A stretch of DNA of 64,000 nt, from contig OY970173.1 in the NCBI GenBank assembly GCA_963707635.1, forward strand, positions 2,464,001 through 2,528,000, given 5' to 3'. Positions 30,325-39,101 of this stretch are shown piece after piece; the stretch's first letter is position 1; each line of letters opens with the position of its first letter. Origin of the DNA: Candidatus Latescibacterota bacterium (lineage in GTDB: Bacteria > Krumholzibacteriota > Krumholzibacteriia > WVZY01 > JAKEHA01). The position numbers and the translations under genes were made by a program. Below the pieces are notes generated by a model that had not been told where the DNA came from, made no database searches, and saw only the letters and a list, made by a program, of their open reading frames with translations.

Positions 30325-30726
30325 CTAGTGCCGGCGACCCGACGGGCCTCCCTGCGGACTCGCGTCGCCTGCCACCGCGAAGTCGCGAATTGCGTCCTCG
30401 GTGCGCTCGAACGGCTTCAGAATATTACCGAACTCGAGCAGGTCGAACACCTCTCGCACCTCGGGCGACATGGCCGCGAGTTTGATGTCACCGCCGTTGC
30501 GCCTGATGCGCTTGATCTCGCTGATGAAGATACCCCAGCCCGCCGAGCTGATGTACGTCACCGCGCCCAGGTTCACGACGATCCGGTAGCAGCTCTCGTC
30601 GACGATCCGGGCCAATGTCTCCTCCAGGCCGGACGCATTGGTGGTCTCGATGGTGCCCCGGAGGGTCAGCACGGAAACCGGGTTCGTCGAGCCGGTACGC
30701 TCTTCAGTAATGACCAGTTTTTCCAT
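30325..30726 (-). CDS. STAS anti-anti-sigma factor (RsbV/SpoIIAA-like)
   Basis: RGTIETTNA, VVNLGAVTYISSAGWG, GGDIKL, VFDLLEF. Confidence 0.92.
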   Translation of the reverse strand: MEKLVITEERTGSTNPVSVLTLRGTIETTNASGLEETLARIVDESCYRIVVNLGAVTYISSAGWGIFISEIKRIRRNGGDIKLAAMSPEVREVFDLLEFGNILKPFERTEDAIRDFAVAGDASPQGGPSGRRH

Positions 30727-30761
30727 GAGATCAAGTCCCGAACTGCTTCTCGATGCAAGAG

Positions 30762-31880
30762 CTAGTCCAATAGGGCCTTCAATAGAAAATGTATGCCCTG
30801 CCTGTCGTTACCCGACAACTTGAGGTTCTTCTCGGCCTTCCTGAACCCCGGGTTGCGAACCAGAGCGTGCCGGAACGCTTCATGCGCCTTGTCGATGAAG
30901 AGTTTGCATTTTGCGGCATAGAGCACCCCCAGGTCGTTCTGTATGTCCGCATAACCGGGGTTCGATTCAAGCGCGACCTTGAGCCGTTCGATCAGGGCGT
31001 CGATTTCCTGCTCGGTGAGCTCGTCCGCGCGGAACTTGAGCACCAGGTATATCTCCAGCGACAGGTCCGTCCCGGCCGCCGTGTCCAGTTCCTGGCGAAT
31101 CTTGGCCAGGCGTTCGTGCACCACGTCGTATTGCTCGCTCTCGGTGGCACGCACCGCCTCGCGAAAGTCCTCGGTGTCCAGCTGGGGCTTGAGCTGCAGG
31201 TTGAGCTGCAGGACCCGGCTGAGCCGGGGCCGCAGGTCGCGCGAGAGCTCGTAATCCTGCTTGAGGACGACGTTCAGCGTGAGCGCGAGCGCGATGTTCA
31301 GCAGCGCCGACTGATAGTAACGGTTCAGCTCGAGCGCCCGTTCGAACTCGGCCACGGCCTCGCGGCAACGCTCGAGCCGCAGGTAGGCCGTGCCCAGGTC
31401 ATTATGTAGGTCGGCGTAGTCCGGCGCCAGCTCGATTCCTTTCTGAAACGATCGCAAGGCCTTGTCGTGGTCGCCCAGCGCCAGCAGGCAGTTGCCCAGG
31501 ATCGAATAGCCGCTCGCGTCCTCTAGCCCGAGCTTGATCGAGCGAATCACCTCCGCCATCGCCTCGCGGTAGAGCTTCTGGCGGAACAGCGCCTCGCCGA
31601 GCTTGAGGTGGGCGCGGCCGTCGACGTCCTTCTTCAGACGATCGCGCAGGTCGAGCAGGGACATGAGCCGGGACTTGTACTCGTCGTGCACGCGCCGCAC
31701 CAGCGGGCGCAGCGATTCCGGCGTGAGCGAGGGGTCGTAGGCGACCGCGTGGCGCGAGAGCATCGTGCCCTCGTGGAACAGGGACGTCACCACCGTCCGC
31801 TGCGACGCCACCAGGCTCGACTGGACGTAGTACTTCGTCCCGCTCGAAAGAATCTCGCTACGGTGATCGTAGCCTTCCAT
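30762..31880 (-). CDS. TPR-repeat protein with uncharacterised N-terminal domain
   Basis: PDYADLHNDLG, PGYADIQNDLG, ALELN; RBS GAGAGGT before MEGYDH. Confidence 0.85.
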   Translation of the reverse strand: MEGYDHRSEILSSGTKYYVQSSLVASQRTVVTSLFHEGTMLSRHAVAYDPSLTPESLRPLVRRVHDEYKSRLMSLLDLRDRLKKDVDGRAHLKLGEALFRQKLYREAMAEVIRSIKLGLEDASGYSILGNCLLALGDHDKALRSFQKGIELAPDYADLHNDLGTAYLRLERCREAVAEFERALELNRYYQSALLNIALALTLNVVLKQDYELSRDLRPRLSRVLQLNLQLKPQLDTEDFREAVRATESEQYDVVHERLAKIRQELDTAAGTDLSLEIYLVLKFRADELTEQEIDALIERLKVALESNPGYADIQNDLGVLYAAKCKLFIDKAHEAFRHALVRNPGFRKAEKNLKLSGNDRQGIHFLLKALLD

Positions 31881-31907
31881 CGTCGCTACCTCTCTCATCG
31901 CGGTTCC

Positions 31908-31936
31908 ACTATAGCTCGCCCCGCGCGCGCACACAA
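31908..31936 (-). promoter_or_regulatory. Internal sigma70-type promoter candidate
   Basis: TTGTGT-N17-TATAGT upstream of the TPR gene. Confidence 0.4.
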
Positions 31937-31959
31937 GCCGGCCCGGCACCCGCGCGTCT

Positions 31960-32232
31960 TCACGCCACGTCGTCCGGGGTCAGCAGCGTGATCGCGATTC
32001 GAATCAGCTCGTCGCGTGACACCTCGCGCCCGCGCTCGGCCAGCCGGGCCCGCACCGCGTCGATGTGCTTGAGCACGGCGGGTGTGAGCCGCACTACCAC
32101 CTCGACTTCCTTGGCGTCGGGTGAGAGCGGCGAGCGGCCGCGAATCAGCTTCGACACCGTGTCGGAGGCGGCTGCCTCCTTCGCGTCCTCGAACGGGTCG
32201 CGCCCCATCGATCGCTTGCGTCGTTCAGGCAC
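31960..32232 (-). CDS. Small ParA-partner protein, putative ribbon-helix-helix
   Basis: Overlaps the parA stop; basic N-terminus RRKRSMGRDPF; C-terminal VVVRLTPAVLKHID...VSRDELIRIAI. Confidence 0.65.
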   Translation of the reverse strand: MPERRKRSMGRDPFEDAKEAAASDTVSKLIRGRSPLSPDAKEVEVVVRLTPAVLKHIDAVRARLAERGREVSRDELIRIAITLLTPDDVA

Positions 32233-32962
32233 GGGACAACACTTCCTCCGTCAACTGGTAGTAGTCGAACGCCCCGCGCGACATGGGCGAATACTCGAAA
32301 ATGGTCTGGTTAAAGCTCGGTGCCTCGCGCAGCGACGTATTCACCCGGATCACGGTCTTGAAGACGAGATCCTTGAACCGGTCGCGGAGCGTGTCCAGCA
32401 CGTCGATCGACAGTCGGGTGCGCCCGTCGTAGAACGTGGGCAGGATGCCGAGGATCGAGGTCTGGCGCGTCGAATTGTCGTTGATCTCGTCGATGATCTG
32501 CATGGTCTGGCGCGCGCCCGCCTGCGCCAGGTAGTCCATGCTCACCGGGATGATCACCTGGTCGGCGTACACGATCGCGTTGATATTGATGAGATTCACC
32601 GTCGGCGAGCAGTCGCAGATCACGACGTCGCATCCGCGCAGGTTGCGAAGCGCCATGTCGAGACGCCGCTCGCGGCTGGTGCGCGACGCCAGCACCATCT
32701 CGATCTCGGCCAGGTCGCGCCCGCCGGAATCGATGACGAACAGGTTCTGCCGGGCCTCGATCACGTCGACCTCGCCGTACTGGAGCAGGTCGCACAGCGT
32801 GCGCTGCCCCTTCAGGTCGAACGCGATGGCCACGTTGCGCTGTGGGTCGCAGTCGACCACCAGCACCTTCATGCCGCACAGGGCCAGCCCATGGGCGAGG
32901 TTGATGGCGGTGGTCGTCTTCCCGGTTCCGCCCTTGGACGTGATGATGGCGATCTTCCTCAT
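32225..32962 (-). CDS. ParA/Soj-family ATPase (orphan)
   Basis: Deviant Walker A KGGTGKTTT, DCDPQ, ICDCSP, IRVNTSLREAPS. Confidence 0.93.
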   Translation of the reverse strand: MRKIAIITSKGGTGKTTTAINLAHGLALCGMKVLVVDCDPQRNVAIAFDLKGQRTLCDLLQYGEVDVIEARQNLFVIDSGGRDLAEIEMVLASRTSRERRLDMALRNLRGCDVVICDCSPTVNLININAIVYADQVIIPVSMDYLAQAGARQTMQIIDEINDNSTRQTSILGILPTFYDGRTRLSIDVLDTLRDRFKDLVFKTVIRVNTSLREAPSFNQTIFEYSPMSRGAFDYYQLTEEVLSRA

Positions 32963-35900
32963 GCCGCGTCGTCGTCCTCGTCGCCGTCGTCGGCTTGCTC
33001 CTGCTCTGAACCGCCGCGATCGCGCAGCTGCTTGCCGTACTTCTCCCACCCGAGCGCGCGGAGCTTGTGGTCGCGGTCCACGTTTCGGTCTGTCACGGCC
33101 GAGTCGATGTCGAGATCGCCGGGCGTCGCCTCGTCGCCGCCGGCGTCGGCGAACTTGCCGCGGCCGAAGACCGGGGGCTCGTGGGGGGCCTCCGGCGGCG
33201 GACTCCCGTCGCGTGGCGTGCGGATGCTCGGGGCGCTATCCGCCGGTTTCCGGGTCGGCCGGACGGCCGGCGCGTCGGCTGGCCGGCCCGGCAGGGTCGC
33301 CGCACCCGGTCGCTCGCCCAGCACGTCGTCCAGCCCGTCCGCGTGCGTCTCGGGAGCTGCCGGGGCCACCGGCCTGGGCGGCCTGGGCGGCGGGCTGGCG
33401 GCAGGTTCCCCGGGACGCTGCTCGCGCACCGCCGCCACCGCCTCCGCGCGGGTGGCGAAGGCCGAAATGAAGGTCCGAAATTCGAGGCACGCGAACACGT
33501 CGGCCAGGTCGGTCCCCATGCCCGCCAGCGCCACCGCGCCGGTGGCCTCGAACGCGCGCGCGAACTGCCCCCACCCGCTGCTCGAGATGTACTCGACGCG
33601 CGTCAGGTCGAACACGATCGCGCGCGGAGCGCGCGCGAGCTCGCGCGAAAGCTCGTCGGACAAGAGCGACACCGCGGTGGTCTCCACCACGCCCGCGAGC
33701 GTGGCCACGCGCACTCCCTCGTCGCCGTCGCTCCATTCGAGGTCCATCCCCGGCGTGCTCGCGAACGAACGCCCGCGGGCCGTCTCCTCGGCGGCGGCCG
33801 CCGCCGGGGGCTCGTCCGCGATGGGCGCCGCCACGCGCCGGAAATCGTCGATCGCGTCGGCGAACATGTCGAAGGACGCGAGCACGATGTTGAACCCGAG
33901 CATGGTGAACACGTAGTACACGTCGGGGTCCATGCCGAAGAGTTTGATGTCCCCGCCCGCGCGGCGCACCTCGCGCAGGCGCTCGGTGAACACGCCCCAG
34001 CCGCCGCTCGACACGTACTCCACGAACGTCATGTCGACGACGACCCGGTTGCGCCCGCCCGCGAGCACCTGGTCCAGCGCGGCCCGGAGCCGCTCGGCGC
34101 TCACCGTGTCGATGATGCCCTTGAGCTGGAGCACCGCGATCTCTCCGCGTTCGCCGACGGTGGTGGCTTCGATGCGCAGGCTCTGCCATTCCATCGACGC
34201 CCCCGCCGGGGTCCCGCCCGTGTCGATGCCGTGCGACGACGCCATCGTATCGGCGCCCAGGTCGCGCCGGACCGGAGGCGCGCTGACGCGCCGTTGCTCG
34301 GGCGGGAGTGCCAGGTACGCGCGCGCTTCCGCGAGGCCGGGAAACGCACGCAGCACGTCGGCGAACCCGAGCAGCTCGTACACGTCGAACACCTCGGTGG
34401 TCATCCCGCACAGCACGATGTCGCCGCCGTGGTCGCGGAGCCCGCGCACTTCGCCGACGAACAGCCCCCACCCGCCGCTCGACACGTAGGATGTCTCGCC
34501 GAGGTCGACGACGATGCGCAGTGCGCCGGCCACGATCAGGTCATGCAGCTTGCGCTCGAGCGCGGACGAAGACGACGAATCCAGGTGCCCGGCCAGCCGC
34601 ATCTCTGTGATGCCGTCGGACGACGAAACCGCGATGCCCACGCCCTCGACCCGCTCGGTGATCTCGGCCGGGAGCGGCGCGCCGTCCGGCGCGGACGCGG
34701 GGATCGCCGGGGGCGCGACCCCCGGGATCTCGCGCAGGAGGTCGTCGACCAGGTCGCGGCGCGGCGCGGGTATCGGCTCCGCGCCCGGCACCTCGGGCGC
34801 CTCACGCCGCAGGCGGTTGCGGCGCAGGTAGTCGAGGCGGAGGTCTTTGGTATTCAAATTGAGCCGCTTGAGCTCCTCGTACACCATGCGCTCGGAAATG
34901 TGCTGCGACGGGTCACGGTCGCGGTTGTACTCCTCGGTGATGCGCTTGGCACCGAAATCGGGGTTGGCGGCGATGGTGCGGATGATCGCCTTGCGCGCCT
35001 CCAGGCTCACGCGCTTCAAGCTGACGTCGTCGCGCAGGATGTCGTTGCGCAGGCCCCGCTCGCCCATGGTTTCCAGCCGCTTCTTGTACCGGTAGAAGGT
35101 CGCCGGGGAGACCCGCATCTGCTGGCAGGCATCCTTCACACTCATGCCCTGCAACTCGACCATGTCGATCAGCTTCTTGCGAATGTCGAAGAGCACGTCG
35201 TCCGCCGTCATCTTCTCCTTCACCGCCACGACGGTGATGTCGTCGCTCTGCGGGTAATCCAGCGTGAAGCGCTTGATGTCCAGATCCAGCTTGGCGATGA
35301 ATTCCTCGGGCGAGAGGTAGCCGTGGGTCTTCACCATGTCCAGCAGGCGCTCTTCGCCGTACTGCTCGCGGCGCTCGTTCATGGCCTCGGTCACGCCGTC
35401 GGTGTAGATGACGAGCATGTCGTCCTTCTTGAGGCGGACCTTCTCGACGCTGATCGAGCGGCGGAACAGCGATTCGTCCGGCAGGCTGATGCCCACCGGG
35501 AAGCCGCGCGGGTTCAGGAAGAACGTCTCCCGGGTCTCGTGGCGGTAGAGAATCATCGGGTTGTGGCCCGCGCTCGCGTAGCTGATCACGCGGTTCTTGG
35601 AATCCAGAATGACGTAGAACATCGTGACGAACATGCCCTTCTTCATGTCGTCGGTCACGAAGGCGTTCATCTTCGACATCACGTCGCTGGCGTTGCGGTT
35701 GCCGCGGGCCTCCATGCGCAGCGCGGTCCGGATCATGGTCATGACCAGCGAACCCGGCACGCCCTTGCCGGACACGTCGGCGACCACCACCCCGATGGTG
35801 TCGTCGTCGACCTGCACGAAGTCGTAGTAGTCCCCGCCCACCTCGGCCGCGGCCTGGTAGAGCGGCGCGATGTCGTAGCCGCTGATCTGCGGGCGGCGCC

Positions 35901-37215
35901 GCGGGAGCAACGACTGCTGGATCTGCTTCGCGACCTCGATCTCCTTCTGCATCTTCTCCTGCTCGAGAATCGACGTCTGCGCCTTGCGGAACTTCTCGGT
36001 GATCTCGTTGAACACACCGGCGATGGCGCCGATTTCGGCCGGACCCCGGATGTCGAGCTTGCCCTCCAGGTTGCCGTCGCCGATCGCGCGCACGCCGTCG
36101 GTGAGCACCTGGATCGGCCGCACGAAGACCTGCACCAGCCCGATGACGAGCACGAGGCCGACTGCGAAAGTCGCCAGCAGGAGCAGCGACGTCTGCAGCC
36201 GCGTGTCCCGGATGGCGGCGCTCACGGCGTCCTCGTACACGCCGAGGTGGAGCCGCCCGATTTCGAACGAGCGTCCAGCCTCCCCCTCCACCGTCACCGC
36301 CACCGCGACGTCGCGGACGTCCTGATCGCCCTGGCGGTGGCGCGACCACGAGATCGCGCCGTCTTCGAGCAGCAGCTTGCCGGCCGGGGCCTGGTAGGGC
36401 TGGAACACTTCGTCGATCTGTCCGGACGCGCGAATATTGCCGGTCGCGTCAACCAGCCGCACGTAGGCCACCTCGTTCGAGCGCGCGACGAGCTTCGAAA
36501 GCTCCGCGGTCAAGTTCGTCTGCTCGATCGAGAACTCGCTCGGGTCGGTCAGCACGGGGAGGCTTCGACTCCCGAGGCTCTCCGCCAGCCGCCGTTTCTC
36601 GACCCACTGGTTCGCGCGCTGGGCCCCGATGTCGCGCGTCTGCCGGAGGAACACGAATCCCCACAGCACCGCCATCAGCAGGAACAGGCCCCCGCTGGCG
36701 CGCACCATGAACTTGAAGCGGAGCGTGCCGCGCAGCGGCATCTTCTCGGGGAGCACCGCGGCCGAGAACGCCGCCTGGCTGCGCTTGGTCAGGATGAGCT
36801 CGTTGCCCGCGTCGGTGGTGCGGTACTCGACCCCGTCCATCAGGCGGTTGATGAGGAATACGCCGAGCCCGCCCTTGCGCCCGGTCTCGACGTACTGGTC
36901 GAGGTCGGGGTCCTTGACGCTCGAGAAGTCGAAGTTCCGGCCCCGGTCCTTCAGGTGGATGCGCACGCGGCCGGAATCGATCTCGGCCACAACGGTGATA
37001 TCGCCGCCGGCCGTCTCGTACGCGTGCTTGATGATGTTGGTGCAGGCCTCGTCGACGGCGAGCTTGGTGTTCGAGACCTCGCGCGGGCTGAAGCCCGCGT
37101 CCTCGCACACCTCCACCACGAAGTCGCGAACCCGCCCCAGCTGCCCTTCCTCCGCCGCGACCGTGAGGTCGCGGACGTTGGGCTTCCGCTCCAGCATCGC
37201 CGCCGCGCGCGCCAT
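32959..37215 (-). CDS. Multidomain partner-switching protein: RsbW-like kinase, 2TM with periplasmic sensor, HAMP, SpoIIE/PP2C, tandem HTH, three STAS
   Basis: LAVDEACTNIIKHAY, DRG and GGLG (kinase); TMs near 36650-36710 and 36130-36200; VGGDYYD, ADVSGKG, YTDGVTEA and DDIT (PP2C); SVKDACQQMRVSPATFYRY (HTH); three Y(V/I)SSxGWG STAS motifs. Confidence 0.9.
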   Translation of the reverse strand: MARAAAMLERKPNVRDLTVAAEEGQLGRVRDFVVEVCEDAGFSPREVSNTKLAVDEACTNIIKHAYETAGGDITVVAEIDSGRVRIHLKDRGRNFDFSSVKDPDLDQYVETGRKGGLGVFLINRLMDGVEYRTTDAGNELILTKRSQAAFSAAVLPEKMPLRGTLRFKFMVRASGGLFLLMAVLWGFVFLRQTRDIGAQRANQWVEKRRLAESLGSRSLPVLTDPSEFSIEQTNLTAELSKLVARSNEVAYVRLVDATGNIRASGQIDEVFQPYQAPAGKLLLEDGAISWSRHRQGDQDVRDVAVAVTVEGEAGRSFEIGRLHLGVYEDAVSAAIRDTRLQTSLLLLATFAVGLVLVIGLVQVFVRPIQVLTDGVRAIGDGNLEGKLDIRGPAEIGAIAGVFNEITEKFRKAQTSILEQEKMQKEIEVAKQIQQSLLPRRRPQISGYDIAPLYQAAAEVGGDYYDFVQVDDDTIGVVVADVSGKGVPGSLVMTMIRTALRMEARGNRNASDVMSKMNAFVTDDMKKGMFVTMFYVILDSKNRVISYASAGHNPMILYRHETRETFFLNPRGFPVGISLPDESLFRRSISVEKVRLKKDDMLVIYTDGVTEAMNERREQYGEERLLDMVKTHGYLSPEEFIAKLDLDIKRFTLDYPQSDDITVVAVKEKMTADDVLFDIRKKLIDMVELQGMSVKDACQQMRVSPATFYRYKKRLETMGERGLRNDILRDDVSLKRVSLEARKAIIRTIAANPDFGAKRITEEYNRDRDPSQHISERMVYEELKRLNLNTKDLRLDYLRRNRLRREAPEVPGAEPIPAPRRDLVDDLLREIPGVAPPAIPASAPDGAPLPAEITERVEGVGIAVSSSDGITEMRLAGHLDSSSSSALERKLHDLIVAGALRIVVDLGETSYVSSGGWGLFVGEVRGLRDHGGDIVLCGMTTEVFDVYELLGFADVLRAFPGLAEARAYLALPPEQRRVSAPPVRRDLGADTMASSHGIDTGGTPAGASMEWQSLRIEATTVGERGEIAVLQLKGIIDTVSAERLRAALDQVLAGGRNRVVVDMTFVEYVSSGGWGVFTERLREVRRAGGDIKLFGMDPDVYYVFTMLGFNIVLASFDMFADAIDDFRRVAAPIADEPPAAAAAEETARGRSFASTPGMDLEWSDGDEGVRVATLAGVVETTAVSLLSDELSRELARAPRAIVFDLTRVEYISSSGWGQFARAFEATGAVALAGMGTDLADVFACLEFRTFISAFATRAEAVAAVREQRPGEPAASPPPRPPRPVAPAAPETHADGLDDVLGERPGAATLPGRPADAPAVRPTRKPADSAPSIRTPRDGSPPPEAPHEPPVFGRGKFADAGGDEATPGDLDIDSAVTDRNVDRDHKLRALGWEKYGKQLRDRGGSEQEQADDGDEDDDAA

Positions 37216-37217
37216 GG

Positions 37218-39101
37218 CTAGCGCTGCCCCTCGACCTTGCGCACGCGCTCGCGCGCCTCCTCGATGGACCGCTGGACGCTTTCGTTGGTGGGATCGATCT
37301 CGAGGATCTTCTCCCATTCCGCGATCGCCTGCGCGTACTGGTCCCTGGAGAAGAACTGCATGCCGGCCAGGTAGAGCTCGCGCACCCGCGACTTCTCGGC
37401 GTCGGTGAGCGGCGTGGTGCGCCGCTTGGTCAACGCCATGAGTTTCTTGGCGTCGGCGTGGTCGGGCTGCAGAGTCAGGAGCTCGCGCAGGTCGGTCATG
37501 GCGCCCTGGTAGTTGCCAGCGTTGTACTTGGTGAGCGCGTCGTTATACAGCGTGACGATGCGGAGCTTGCGCTGCGAGGCCGCGTAGTCCTGGCTAACCG
37601 ACTCGATCTGCTTGCGGATGCGCGCGATCGACGTGCGGGCATTCGCGTTGTCCGGTTCGTATTGCTGCACGTTGTTCCACTCCGCGATCGCCTCGGTCAG
37701 GCGGCCGTCGCGTTCTAGCTGCTGCGCGCGTTCGGAGTGCGCACGGATCCGCTCGTTGATCTTCGCATTGGTTTGATCCAGGTAGTCGTGGGCGCCCACG
37801 TTGAGCGAATCGATCGCGAGGATCGCGTGCCACTCGGTGCGCGCGCCGATCATGTCGCCCTCGTTGAACAGGTCGAGCCCGCGGGCGAAGCGCGTGCGAA
37901 TCACGGCCTGGTTCCCCAGGTCCCGCACCGCCGCCGCCTGCTGGGCCAGCACCTGCTCGCGCGCCGCGTCGCGGGCCGCGGCCGCCTCCGCGTCGTCGGG
38001 CACGAATTCGAGGACGATCAGCCACTGGTTGAGGGCTCCGGCCCAGTCGTCGCTCGCCTCGAGCGCGCGCGCCTTCTCGCGGTGGGCGTTGATTCGCGTC
38101 TCGAAGGTGCGCTGGATGAGCAGCCGCTCGTCCTCGGCGCGCTGCGCCTCGATCGCCTCGCGCTTCTCGTCGAGGGTCTGGCCGAAGCGGCCGGTGAAGG
38201 TCACGGCCTGGTTCGAACCGCTCTCGTCACGCGAGTAGAATGCATAATCCACGCCGTAGTTGAACGCCCCCACGCCGAGCCCGAACGTGGGCGTGTCGTC
38301 GTCGAATCCGACCCGCAGCGCGACCAGCCGCGAGAACACGTACTCGGCGCCGGCGTGGAAGCGCCCGTCGGCACGCTCCGGGAGATCGTACTGCAGCATG
38401 AGCCGGAGCGCGGACCCGTTGTCGAACCTGCGCGTGTACCCGGCGCCGGCCAGGATGGTTCGATCAACCGTGTCGTCCTCGAGGTCGAGCTTGTACTGGG
38501 CGCCCACGATGTCCTGCAGGTTCACTCCCAGGGAAAGCGATCGCGCCCCGTCGGGTATGTAGCGGAAGCCGATGTCGACGCCGGGCGCCGTGCTGCTGAA
38601 CGGATCCACCTGCTGGCGGCTGATCTTGAAGGTCGCCCCCGCGGCCAGATTCCCGAACATCCACCCGAAATGGCGCTCGGCCGCGTAGGAGATGAGGAAC
38701 TGGCTCTCGCTGGCGTTACCTTCGCCGAGCGGGCGGCTGAACTCGTCGTACAGATCAAAGGTGGTGCCGACGTTCATGTAGCCCACGCCGAATGCGCCCG
38801 CCGAGAGGGTCGGGTAGACGAAGCCGAAGTAGGTATAGCCCGCCCCGGTGAACTCCCCGTAGAGCGGCATGTACATCGCCATGAACTGCATCGACTGCAC
38901 GTTGCGCAACGACGCCGGGTTCCAGTACACCGAGCTGGCGTCGTCGGCGAGGCTCACGAATGCCCCGCCGAGACCGATCCCACGCGACCCGGCGCCCAGC
39001 TTGAACGTGCTCGCGGTGCCGCCGTCCTGCGCGAAGGTGGGCGTCGTCAGCGCGACGAGCGCGGCGAGCAGCGCAACGATCACAACGCTCTGGTTTCTCA
39101 C
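37218..39101 (-). CDS. PorV-like beta-barrel fused to a C-terminal TPR/coiled region
   Basis: GTG start overlapping the upstream stop; signal peptide; GAGSRGIGLGGAFVSLADDASSVYWNPASL; FHAGAEY...LRVG...DYAF; TPRs (AIAEWEKILEIDPTN). Confidence 0.82.
   Translation of the reverse strand: MRNQSVVIVALLAALVALTTPTFAQDGGTASTFKLGAGSRGIGLGGAFVSLADDASSVYWNPASLRNVQSMQFMAMYMPLYGEFTGAGYTYFGFVYPTLSAGAFGVGYMNVGTTFDLYDEFSRPLGEGNASESQFLISYAAERHFGWMFGNLAAGATFKISRQQVDPFSSTAPGVDIGFRYIPDGARSLSLGVNLQDIVGAQYKLDLEDDTVDRTILAGAGYTRRFDNGSALRLMLQYDLPERADGRFHAGAEYVFSRLVALRVGFDDDTPTFGLGVGAFNYGVDYAFYSRDESGSNQAVTFTGRFGQTLDEKREAIEAQRAEDERLLIQRTFETRINAHREKARALEASDDWAGALNQWLIVLEFVPDDAEAAAARDAAREQVLAQQAAAVRDLGNQAVIRTRFARGLDLFNEGDMIGARTEWHAILAIDSLNVGAHDYLDQTNAKINERIRAHSERAQQLERDGRLTEAIAEWNNVQQYEPDNANARTSIARIRKQIESVSQDYAASQRKLRIVTLYNDALTKYNAGNYQGAMTDLRELLTLQPDHADAKKLMALTKRRTTPLTDAEKSRVRELYLAGMQFFSRDQYAQAIAEWEKILEIDPTNESVQRSIEEARERVRKVEGQR

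Noticed and set aside
31960..32962. Plasmid or prophage partition cassette marking a mobile element
   Set aside because: No integrase, rep, phage or conjugation genes and no evident compositional shift; the flanks are chromosomal housekeeping genes.
34820..35190. Insertion sequence within the receptor gene
   Set aside because: No DDE domain, terminal inverted repeats or target duplication were seen, and the reading frame is continuous. Reported as a possible domesticated HTH instead.
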